From Phoronis australis (lineage: Eukaryota; Animalia; Phoronida), in NCBI GenBank assembly GCA_002633005.1, contig NMRA01000388.1, forward strand, positions 186,001 to 250,000: a DNA stretch of 64,000 bases, written 5' to 3'. The notes beneath the pieces are model-generated. The model did not search any database. It worked only from the letters and a program-made list of their open reading frames with translations, and was not told the origin of the DNA. Below, one piece after another: positions 22,301 to 34,300 of the stretch; the stretch's first letter is position 1; each line of letters begins with the position of its first letter. Made by a program: the position numbers and the translations under genes.

Positions 22301-25300
22301 GGTGGTCTCCCAACGCCCCTCCCCCACCCCGCCTACTCCCGGCACGGCCGGATGGCTGACTGCCAATAATGAACGACAGAGAAAACGTTTAGTGACGAAA
22401 ATAACTTCAGCAATGTGTTTACGTTAGTGGAGTGGCTCATTTAAATTATACTTGCAAATTCCGCGTTAATAACACCCGAAGGTGCTAATTTACGGTTCCA
22501 GAAAATCAATTTCCAAATTAAGCTTTGTTCATGTCTATTAGAAGGGTTGTCAAGATGAACCAACTTCAACCAACTTTCATTTAAACAAATACATGCGGAC
22601 CGTATAATTTCAAACGTAAAATTAACTTTTGGTTTTTGGAGAGCACCACTATCAAGAGCAAGGTATCATTTAAATGAATGTAATTCGGAAATTTTATCAA
22701 CGGAGCTACTGTTTTTTTCAAACTTTTCAGACGGTTTTCGACTCGTAGTCATGCGGTGACATCGCAGAATAATACGTCGGAAAACAACAATTGTCTCTTG
22801 TGCGTACTAGAATTGAAAGCTTGGGTCCACTGCAACACCGTTGTTTGTGGTAACGAGACTAAGCAACCACTATTCAATAACAAAAACTGACGTGAGCCTG
22901 CAGCTTGCAAATCAAGTGCGCGAATAATATGCTTCCGAGGACGCTTAACCTAAATCTCACCACAAAACGGCAAATTACATGTATACACGCCCACAAATTG
23001 TCTGTTTTGTGACAGAAAATTTATGACCCGACAGACGTCCCACAATGTATTTGAAAACCAAGCAGCAACGCCCTGTAATAGAGGATACCCTCCATGTAGA
23101 AACATGGGAAATGGAAAACAGTTTCATTGATCACACGATAAAAGTTGTGAAAGTCAAATCCCTTTGTGACTCAGTCCTAAGACCCCCTTGGAACCAAATA
23201 AAATTATAATAAACGGGGTCGCAGCAGTAACCGCTCGACAAAGACGACTAAATGTTAATTTTTTTTAATTGTCTAATCTGGCAGACGTTTTAAATAGTGC
23301 AAAACAAGCAAGTGTTTACTTCTAGTTACCAACTCATGACGCCATGTTTGATAAAATCCGTTTCTCGTTATTACGTGCCGAAGAGTGCGAAAATTGGCAA
23401 TTTGTAATAAGAACACAAAACCTCAACGGATGTTGTTGTTCTATAATAAGTGTATCCGATCCAACAATAATCCCACAGTATGATGCGTGCCTCGCTCGTG
23501 AAACCGAGTGGTTAGCTTTAAAACTCAAAACTCGTTCCTAAAACTTGTTAATAAATCATGCTCTATCGTTACATTAATTTTTCAAAATTTAACATAATTG
23601 TATCTTGATATTTTGAATTTCTTGTGGTGCTCAACGAAATCGGTTGTTGGTCGTCAATACTATTGCATGAGACTATTGACCACAACTTGCTTTTGTATCT
23701 ATTGACAATTTTAATACTTAAAAGTAGCAAAAATGCATATGTAAATTTTGCACTTAGATGTAGAGCCAGAACCAGAATTTATGACTTTTCAATTTAGTAA
23801 TAAAATAAATCATTGGTCAAATATTATTAATAGTGAAAGCAAATGAATGTGTTCAACGCTTGACGTTGTCAATTTTCTCAAACATCGAAAACAGCTCTCT
23901 CTTCAATTATGTTTGGTTTAAGCTAAAGTCCTACATGTAGGTTTAATTGAGGCTTTTCTGTCATCGGTGTCATTCACGCATGACAATACTGTCAAATCAG
24001 TTGAGAAATAGGTAATTATCCGTTTGAATTAGATATTGAAATGAAGGTTATGAAGTTGAAATAAGTAAAAAGATTAATAAGATTCATCTCGCATAGAAGC
24101 ATAAGAACGGTCATTAGTTCCATTTTCATCCATTAAACTGGTTATAATAGGTCGGGGTTCGTGATCCATTAAGTCGATTTTTACCCATTATGCCTGCTGG
24201 GGCATAATCGATCAAAAGGGAATGAAAGACCCTCCGCAAGGCCCTTTCCTACATTTTAATTAACTCTCGTACAAGTCGACCATTGATGTAAACTGCGAAG
24301 CTAATAGCTCAGTTGCGAGTTTCTCGCTAGTCACTGTGACGTCACCGGAAAGGGGGCAAAACCCGACATATTGCTCTTGTTTTGCCCCGAGTCTTTGCTA
24401 CACACGCTAAAACTTACTGGAGTTCTTATGGTGAATTTACGCTTAAAACGTTAAAACAACTTAAGATAGGGTAGATGGGTCGTGGAATAACTGTGAATAG
24501 ACGAAGAAAATGTGACCTTGTTATGTTGTGCGAAGCTGTGAACGGACTGAAATTGGAACTTAACCCGCTCTAGGCCTGAATGGCGCAGGCATACAGGGGC
24601 GATAGTGAATCCCCATAAAAAGATATTCACTTCAAAATACAGCAAATGAAATCAAATGAAACATGCATATGTGCACATGAAGTCAAATTAACACATACCC
24701 TGACTCTGGACACAATTTAGTCTACAAATAACTTGAGCATATTCATGAAAACCTCGCGGTTCTCTCGAGTTTCTCTCACTAAAGAGCCGCCATTTTGAAG
24801 AAGTTACGTGAAATCACGCCTGTTGACGAACAAAAAGTCCAAGGGACACAAATCTTACAAATTTCACTTGATATTTTCTCATGCTATTTTGCAAGTGTCA
24901 CGCGCCAGGTCACGCGCCAGATCTCGCGCTTCGCTCAGTCTCGCGCTAGCCTTTGCCTCATACTCACCTGACTCAGTTGAAATACTTGATTGTGGTAATC
25001 GCGCGCGCGGACAAAGTTAACAGTAACCACAAAGTGGAGTTGGAATTCTTCGCCTAAGTCACCTGAATTCCCGTATATATGCTTCATCGAAGATATGTTT
25101 AGAAGCAGAAAGAGTCACTGAAGAAAGTAAGAGCCTTTTAGGTGCTAATTTTAGGTGTAGAATGTATTTTCGACGAGGTGAAAACTTTACCAGTGAGCGG
25201 ATTTCGCCTACCGCCCGTTTAAAATACACGGGACGAAATTAGTACAGAACGCGATAGAACGTATTGTAGTGCGAATCTGAAGTTCATTTGCCATAACAGC

Positions 25301-28300
25301 AATGCTTTTGGACATTTTTCGAACTAAACGGCTAAAAACTCGAAGACAATAACTGAATACACTCTGCTACCGTATTGGGCAAATGACCAAACGACAAGCT
25401 TTTGCCCCACTTCCCGTGACGTCACAGTTAAGTCTCACATAATCTCGCGTTATTGTTATAAACTCGCAAAAGGCCTATTGAACCGTTCCTATAGGCTACG
25501 GTAATGTCAACGGTATCTACCGGTATGTAAACGATACACGACACTGTCGCCATCGAAGTAATCTTGATAGCTGCGACCCCTGGTAATAATTTCGATGATA
25601 CCGATGTTGACCACTCAAACCGCGCCGAACCGGGCGACGCTCCGTCGTGAAATCTACCTGTAAGTTATTGGCTATAAACCAGCAAAATACGTTGTGAAAT
25701 TCGTAATTTTATTACAAATGGCCAGTTCTCGCCGTTGTCTATATGTTTTTCGCTGAAATTGAGGCTGTTACATTTACTAATAAATACGCTTAGATACTCT
25801 GTCAACTGTCGGTTTGATTTCGCGCTGCAGGAAGTTACTTTTCTCGCCGAAAATGTCACTTTAAATCGGGACACCGGAGGCTAATGGCCACATGTTTTTA
25901 TTTCCTTTTGCCATCCAACCACGGCTTATGAAATCTTGCGTTTTTTTGGTCTAATATGCGTACCATGGCAATATATGTACATGTATGCTAGATTCTTGAC
26001 AAATTCGTTCTGTCGTGAACGAATGTTTAATTAATGATTTTATCTGCTTGAGCTATATCGAACGCAGACAACATCCGCTACTCGTCACAAGTCGTTTTAA
26101 TGCATCAGACTCGCGCATTAACAGGTAGTAATAAACAAAAGAAGCAGCCGATTTCAAAATTCCTGAGGTCAAATAAACATCATATTGCAGGATACCCAGT
26201 GTCACTGAATGTATTTGAATTTAAGTATTTTTCAAATGAATTTTGTTTCATTCCATTTGTCAGTTGTTTCCGACTATGTTAATCGCATACTTTTATTTTT
26301 ATTTTTCTTATAAGGTTTCTTTAGTCGGGTTTTGATTGTTTCCATTCTGATCAGTGTGTATTTAATGAGACATGACATAGCTATCAGTGCTAATAATGAC
26401 ACAGAAAAACAAAACAAAATAAAAGGTTCAGTGCAGTCTCATTTGGTGCGAAATGTAATGGATTTAAACAGTTAATCTGGTATTCGAGCTATATGCGCAC
26501 TCGTCTTTTTGCACATGTTGACGTCATTCTGCTATGAAAATTGTTACTTTCAAAAGGTTGTAAAGCAGGACTTGAAATTTTCATTTCATGAGTAAAAGCG
26601 AAGTAGTTATAATAATTGCATTCTGCGCTAGAATGCTTGCATTCAAAGACGGAAATTGCGCACGCATCTTTCGGCAAAAGAGGACTCTTTACAACAAGGA
26701 AAGATAGAATTTAGCTTGGGTAAGTAGTCTTGCCATTATCGAACAGCCGTGATGTTGTATCGCAATCACCTATTGCATGCGCAAATGGCAAAAGCGCGCA
26801 AGTTCCGGCACCAAGAGACAACTGTAGTGTCGTGATGTTTTTGCCTCTCCTCTTGCTTTGGTGCCTTTTGTCAGATTTCATGAATATTGGAAATTGTTGT
26901 GAAGTAGCATGGTAACACAAAAGAATCAACAAGTCTCTATCGTCTGCAATAAGGGTAGTAGGACCTTGTGCTGCATTCTCTGCTGCTGTTTCTACAATTA
27001 AACCATCTGCGTCACCTTGAGCTTGTACCACTGTGCAACCAGCATTTCGTGCAAACTTGACTAGAAGTGAACGAATCTTTGTTTGTTTTTGCTTTTTCGC
27101 CAAAAATGTAAACTTCCTTCTTTGACTTGATCACCATGTCACCATTGAAGTGAACTTCAGTTCCTACCACCCTACCCACTCTTCGAACGTGAGAGACATC
27201 TTTAGTTGGTGGGCCACCTCCATAACCATCAAAAACAGTAGGCTGGGTGTACTTGCTGACGTAATCCACATAAGCTCTACCAACTGACTGAAACGATGTA
27301 CCTCTAGGCCATAGAATACGGTGAAGGAGAGAACCGCCGTCGATTACATGCATCACCATGTTTTCTAGAAATCGATAGTCCTCAGGTAGGTTGTCTCAAA
27401 CTGGACCAAAGTGCATCAGCTAATATTGGTTTATTGGCGATTCTTGGAAGACCAGGTGTATCAAAAAGAGCAGAGTAACCAAGTCACAGCTCAAACCTCA
27501 AAAGAATTGATAAACTTGCACTGTTGTCTTTTGCAGCTGTCAGTAATCGCTGAAATAGCAGTTGTGGATCCATTTGTGTAAAATCACTATTGGCAACATG
27601 AATCGGTCGACTTGTCATTGCCACAACCTTGTCTTTTATCTGGATATGAAGTCTTTCACAATTGAACCCTGCATAGACAAGAGAATCGCCTTCCCCGCAT
27701 CTTTGGCATTTTCAGCATTGAGGGGTGTTCTTGCAGATACACCAGTGGCGATGTTCTGTAATGTGTCCTTTTCAAAGGGGTTTCTGTTGTGGAGGAATTC
27801 TGCAAGGCTGAGGACGTCTTTGTCATCCCGCGACTGTCTTGCCTGGGCACATTCTTTATGCTGCTCACTTGTTTCACAACTCAAGTTTGTCACACTTTGC
27901 GTGGCACCATTTATACTTGAGCATGCCGGCAAGGAAAACAGCCACTGTGCACGCTGTGTGTCTCCCATTCCGCAACCTCTAGTTGAACCTCCTGTTGATT
28001 TAAAGAGGAAATTGCAAGGTCCAAACCAATCTGAACGACAATATGGTCTAAATTCTAGTTTATAATTATCATTGCTATATTCTTAACATTAACTGAATTG
28101 TACGCCGCTATACAAAGTTATTAACATATTTAGTGCCGTGGTGTTGTAACGCCATCGTTGTAACGGAGAATAGAAACGGCGCCATTTTCGTTCGTCACAT
28201 ATCTGTGACGTGGTGTTGGGGAACACAAAGGGAACAATGTGTGTCCAAGTGAGTACAGCAGCGTAGATGAGGAATACTTTGAACGATACAGGGACAGACA

Positions 28301-31300
28301 GGTGGACTTTTCAGATGATTCCGACCTTTCGGACGTGGAGGTGGAGGTGAGAGATCCCAGAGGAACAATATGTGTTCACAGCTTTTCTGTAGTGGAGCCG
28401 TTCTCCCTCGATCCCTTTCACGGCCCTTTCTCTGGTCGCCGAAGACTCACTCCCAGCGGGTTCGTCCTGTGAACGTCAACAGGCTGAAGGTGCGCAGGAG
28501 TTGCGATTAGATGTTAGTGATTGGTAAGAATATTATCAATATGTATCCTACAACCGCGAATTATAACTTGGTCTTTTTTAATTCAAAAGTAGGTGCTTTA
28601 CCAGTCAGTCCCAGGCGCCCATATCCCCATTGGTGAATCGTGTTTCAGCTGTGGATTAATACCAGTTTCAGTGATAAAACTGGGATTTTTTTGCATATTA
28701 GAAAATCACTCAAAACGTTTTTGGTCTCTGGTTATTTTTAGACAGTGTGGCTCAGTGGTTTGAGCTCGTGAGACTGAGGTTCGAATCCTGGGTTTCACTG
28801 GCATGCAATTGAGCACTGAACAAAATTGTCTCTTATTTCTCCGAGACTGAGCTGGGTGTTACTAGTGAGTGAATAAATGTATGCAAGGGAATGAATGAAA
28901 ACCGCTTTGGAATAATCGATTGTGAATTGTAAAGAAGAGGATGAAAGAATTTCAATTTTATAATTTAGACTTTCTCACCTTGGTGCTGGGGGACGGCATA
29001 ATTCTATAGGTTATAGAACAAGTCATTTCATTTTCTTACTCAAGTCAACTCGGACCTATATCAATCTACACATTTGTTCCAAAACAGTTACATTTTGTAA
29101 GGCGATGCTTGAAATGGAAACAACCATTTCATGTCGATGTAAATTGACCCAATGTTGCCATTATTTATAAATGAAATATGGTACATGGCTTGGTTACGAG
29201 TCGACTTGGGTAGGAACCGCCTGGTAAAGTTTCTATAGAGTAAAGAGAGCATACCATTGGATTGGTGATTGCCCATATAGCATATCAAGAAGTTTTAATG
29301 TATACTGTTATATTTAAAATATGGGCGACCCTTTGAGTGGCAACACTGCTTTTCAAGTTGGTTTGCCCCATTGTCATTGTCTAGTTTGATTAATGGTATG
29401 TGGGTGCCTATAGGATTCAGATTGGGAGAACAGGTCTCACGACTACATACAAAACAGTCCCCTCCATCAGTGAATCAGGGCAACTACCTTTTGTCTTAGG
29501 GTCAGCTAAAAATCAAACAACTTATGTCCATTACTATATCCCCGGGGCATGATCTACCACTGCCTTGGGTGTAGCACTATTCATTTGTATGAAAAGTAAA
29601 TATCATTACTATATATGATCAATTTGTACAAAAAATAAATAGGTTGTGCTGTTCCAATCAATTTTCCTGAAAACTGAAGTCGTATGCAGACCCCTCAATT
29701 TGGTAGAGGCACTTGTGGTATTTTTTTTTAATTCGAAATTTCGATGTTTACTGAAATAATGTATTATTGTTGACACATCTTGCAGGTGCACCTGGGGCAA
29801 CTGTCAGACAACTTCAGTTGTTGAAGAAAGAGTATGTTGTCAAGAGGTTGACAAGGTTATCGCAAAACTTGATGAAGAAATGAAGCGTGACAACTAACAC
29901 AGAAGAAAAAATGTATTGTGGAGCATGGGGTTTTAAACCTGTATACATCAATCGTGGTGTTTTGGAGACTGCATGGTTGCAGTACAAAAGCCAATATCCT
30001 GATGGCTATGACAGACCCTTGGATAAAAGGATTTGACACGTGGTCTACAGACAGTTCCAAAGATGGGTACACGGTCACTCAAGACAAACTGCCCGTGTTA
30101 TCATTCCAGCGTGCGCAGTAGCCTGCATCTGAGCTTTCTACCCTCCGCCAGGAAATGAGGAAGACATTTGAGTTCCCAGGATTTTCTTAAAGGTTTCATC
30201 CATTTATAGATATCAACAGTTGTCTTATCCCTGGAATGCCAACTCCTCCACATGACCTATGTATTCTGTTACAAAAACTTGTGACTCGGGGACAAGTTTT
30301 ATGTAATTCAAACGAGTTGCAAAAAGTTGTAGTGACAAATTCCATAGAATGATCAAACATCGTAACAAACGAATGCAATCGCAGTGCAACCTCAGTGGCA
30401 TGAAATTGAAGTAGGCATTCCATGAATAGACTTCTGTGGTTTCAGAATGGTAAATAATTGACACAGCGAGCAGCATTTATTGATGCTCATCAATCTGGTT
30501 ACTTATGATAACATGGTCATGACAAGTGTAATTTAACTAGGACTACATTATAAACCTCTAAACTCAACATATCAGTTAAACTTATGGTTTACCTAGGTAA
30601 ACAGAGGAATTTGTCTCATTGGAGCCCAGTTTGTGTGCTTGAAGCGAACACATTGAATAGTATGGCAGTTACACAAAAAATTAAAAGTTTTGAATCTGGG
30701 CCATAGTCTGAAGTCGAGACTGAATCTTCTGCCCTCTTCTTATACAGTAGAACTCTTTAAATTGGTAGCGCTTCAGTGGGAACTTTAGAAAGGTTAGCAT
30801 TAATTCCGCAGTAATGCCTCCAAATAACTCTAACTTTGATGAAATATCTCAGTCTCACTGGATACAACTTAGCGAGTTCTACTGTAATTCAATGAGAAAT
30901 CAAATAACCACTGAATCTCAACCCATAAGCTCCAGTATGCAATAGCTTTAGATGTCTATGACATGGTATGAAAACACAAAAAGTATGCACATGAGTAGGA
31001 AGTGGGAAATCTAGAGGGAGTGCTTATACCACTCACTCAAAAATTCCCAAGACAATGTTCGAATTCTGTGCAAGTGATTATTCTGTGTACAATTTAGATG
31101 AGATTGTCGCTCGAAAAGACTGACGACCCAAACAAGTACCTTTTCACCCCCACTTAAGAAAGTCTTCCTATACCGACCCACTGTGTGAGACAGCAACAGT
31201 TTAGTGCAAATCAAATGTACTTAAAAAAGCTATGCCGCAATATTTATAGTCATTGTATTGAAGAACCATTGAAATGTTTCCAGGTGCGGATCCAGGATTT

Positions 31301-34300
31301 TGAGTTAGGGGGGCCAGGGCACGGTATTAGTCAGGATTTTGCCCGTCAGACATTCGCACCCCCAAACAGTCGAATGGAATCTGGGAGAATTTTAGGGGGG
31401 CATGGCCCCCCTCTAAATCTGCCACTAGTTTCAATATAAGAACATAGTACATCACTGGGTTTATCTATAGAAATGGGACAGCCAAATGCCACACACAAAA
31501 GCTTTTCACAACTTCCACTACTGGTACTATAAACACTCTGGCATTGCTATCTGTACCACTATCAAAAATGTGATCTAAAACATTGGTAGTGACTGTTAAA
31601 TATGTGACGGAAAGAAATTCCAGTGCTGTCCATTGACAAAACACCAAGTCTGAATTTATCTGTGCCACGGCATCCTCCTTGGACACATCTGGAGCACCAG
31701 CAGTCTGCATTGGAGGGGCATCAATTTCTAAGCGAATTTTTAGATCTCCAGCGTCTCTTTTGTTCCGCACTAAGTGAAAGGTGTTCTCGTTTCATTTACA
31801 TACTCTGAAAAGCACAACAGCGGCAATTCAAAAGTAAAAAAAAACATTTTGAATCCAGAGTAGTCCATGATTAAAGTAAAACACGATGATATTGCAAGTC
31901 TTCGCCTTCTTTTATAACCTTCAAGCAAATGCCAAAACTAAATTTTAATCCTGTTTTTTTAAGCATACTACTTTAATAATCAAAACCTTGGAATTGAGTT
32001 ACAATCCTGTTTTACTTTATTCATAGTCTGCATTCTTTTCAAAATACATGCATCTTTTGAGATCAGCTTTATTTGTTGTGGCTTTTAGTTTTACTGATCC
32101 ATTTATAACTAAATCCTTCACAGAAAAACAACAGATTTTAAACACTTGAGAACTACGGTGATTGTGAAAAAAGATTGTTATTGTTCAGGCACTGCTAAAG
32201 CGTCATGAATTATTTGACATCAAAATTCTCAAGGTAACTTACCTTTTTATAAGACTAGCTTCAACGTTCATGATGTGTTTGTCGTCAAAGCAGCCGTCCT
32301 CAAAATGGTCGGAGCATATTTCGGCTCCGACAGATGGCCGACTCGACAGTCATTTTCAAAAGACGAGCAGAGCACACGAAAACCTGCCATTACGCAACCA
32401 GATGCTCGTCTTTTTAGAATTTGAATGGGCTCATGTTTTCCACCTGGGTGGTGTTAAAATAGTTAGCACACACACACACACCGATGCACCATGGCTAAAA
32501 CACGCCAAGGTTGAACGGTCTTTGTTCTTGGTGTACTGTGATATATTAGCAGTGAACTGCATTGTGGGATATGATCTGGTTTGTGTTCCCCGACACCATG
32601 TCACGGTGTCAAAGGTCAACTTTTCGCGCATTTTCTAATTTTTGCTTTTTTAAAATAACTAAAGATACAATAATACGATGATTTGAATAAAATACATCCA
32701 AATAGCAATACCTTGAAGATATTATTGCAATTTAACATACTTGAACCTTGCAAATTACACTTTAATGGTTTTCATGAGCTTTTGTTTGATTACAAGGTCA
32801 GATGACAAGCCTGCCCAGAATCTGTCACTTCATCTTATGGCATGATGGCCGTTAATAAAGGTGCTGTAGATGTCTGGATGGATGTCTTTGAGTTGCTGCA
32901 TCTGCTGCAAGTAAATTAATGCAGATTTTGCATATGAGTTGTTACTAGAAACTGCAAAATAAGGCAGCATTTCAAAAACTGCTTTTAGGTGAAGTTCCCA
33001 ATCTGACGTTATTTCTCTTTTGAGAAAGAGTCGAAGGATGTCAAACACCTTCATATACTGTGGCCAAAGATTGCTGGTTCGACTTTGCAAGGACAAGTCT
33101 GGTTTATGTGTTTCTTTTTATGAATTAGTACAAGACACTCCGACAAGCATACATCGCCGCACAAAGACGTCATGCCAGCAATAAGATCATCATACAGCTT
33201 CAGACCAGCTTTCAAATCATAATCAAGTATATCAGTGGCCTTTGGTTCTTCTGACGAACCATTCTCTGTCACTGTGAATTTTGAAGACCTATACTCTGAT
33301 TCAGTCGTGTTTGAATATATCAGTGGCAGTTCGTCGGAAGCCAGATGTGATGAGGGTATTACGCTGTAATCGAAGAATCAGAATCAGAAGACATTGCCTG
33401 TGCACTGCATGTCCCAGTGTATACATCTCTAGTTGTGTGATCAGCTGCGATGTCTGAAGAATCTGTCTCCATCTATTCTGATGAGCCAACGTTTGTGTAC
33501 AAGCATTGAATTGCTCCACCTCTTGGCACGGAATCTGTGCCTTCTGTGTTGGTGAAAATAGGGATTCCTAGCATTTCTGAAGAACCGGAACTTCTTTCTT
33601 CAAATCCTGAAGTCATTGGTTCTGGATTGGCGTTGCTTGATCTGTAAATATTTGGAAGTGGGATGTTGAATGCTCTGTCTGTTATGATAGCATTCAGTGC
33701 TGAGTCTACCAACATATGCCCCCTCACTGCTCTATCCACACTTTTCCATTTAACTTATGGATCTCGCTGTTTTGGTGCATACACTCTCTCAAGAACTTTT
33801 TGAAGCCAGGTGCCTGACATTACGTATCCAATACATCCCAGAAAGCTCACTTCAGTATGAAATCCGCTTAGACTGGCTAAGAACAAGTGACTGTAGATAA
33901 CTGTCATTTGGTTTGCTCAATGCTGGCACAGATTTCCTCTAAAATCAGTTACCTATGTTCATAAAAAGCATGCATATTAAACCAACTGTGAGAACTATAG
34001 GCCTATGTTAAACATTTAATTATTAACTTTTTGTTACACCAATTTATCTACTTCTCATCAAATTCAGGTCATGAGAACAACTAATAATATCTCCAATAGC
34101 AGAGAGCAAAGCCACTTCCCGCCCAATGTGATTCAGGATTGTTGTAATGAATAAGCCAATAATTCCACCAGAATTACTTATTTTTCTTACAAATATTATT
34201 TTTGATACCTCAAATGAATATATTTTACAAAAAATACTTGAGTATGCGAAATTTATTATTAAAATTTAACTAAAACCTTTTCTGAAAACACTCCCAACTT

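Larger units (their letters stand above)
28004..32761. mobile_element. Kolobok DNA transposon (4758 bp), TTAA TSD, THAP gene and KolX gene in convergent orientation, non-autonomous
   Basis: TTAA|AGAGGAAATTGCAAGGTCCAA ... TTGAACCTTGCAAATTACACT|TTAA gives imperfect 21-bp TIRs with AG...CT ends. Removing the element and one TTAA restores the Academ frame (…LMKTIK|STGGSTRG…). Confidence 0.88.

Noticed and set aside
22104-22654. Alternative 550-bp 5' LTR ending ATCA with a 5-bp AGAGC TSD
   Set aside because: The end lacks the TGT...ACA symmetry and a 5-bp match within 500 bp is plausible by chance. It cannot be excluded without a second family copy.
26711-27359. Host XPG/FEN1-family nuclease gene
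   Set aside because: Frameshifted and collinear with Academ transposase fragments, so it is the element's XPG-like domain.
28743-28800. tRNA gene (also the tRNA-like segments near 19020 and 6290-6330)
   Set aside because: A/B boxes are present but there is no complete cloverleaf or anticodon arm. Better explained as SINE-derived.
29786-30190. Host P2X7 purinoceptor gene
   Set aside because: No P2X channel ectodomain or TM exons. It lies inside Kolobok TIRs and carries stops and frameshifts.
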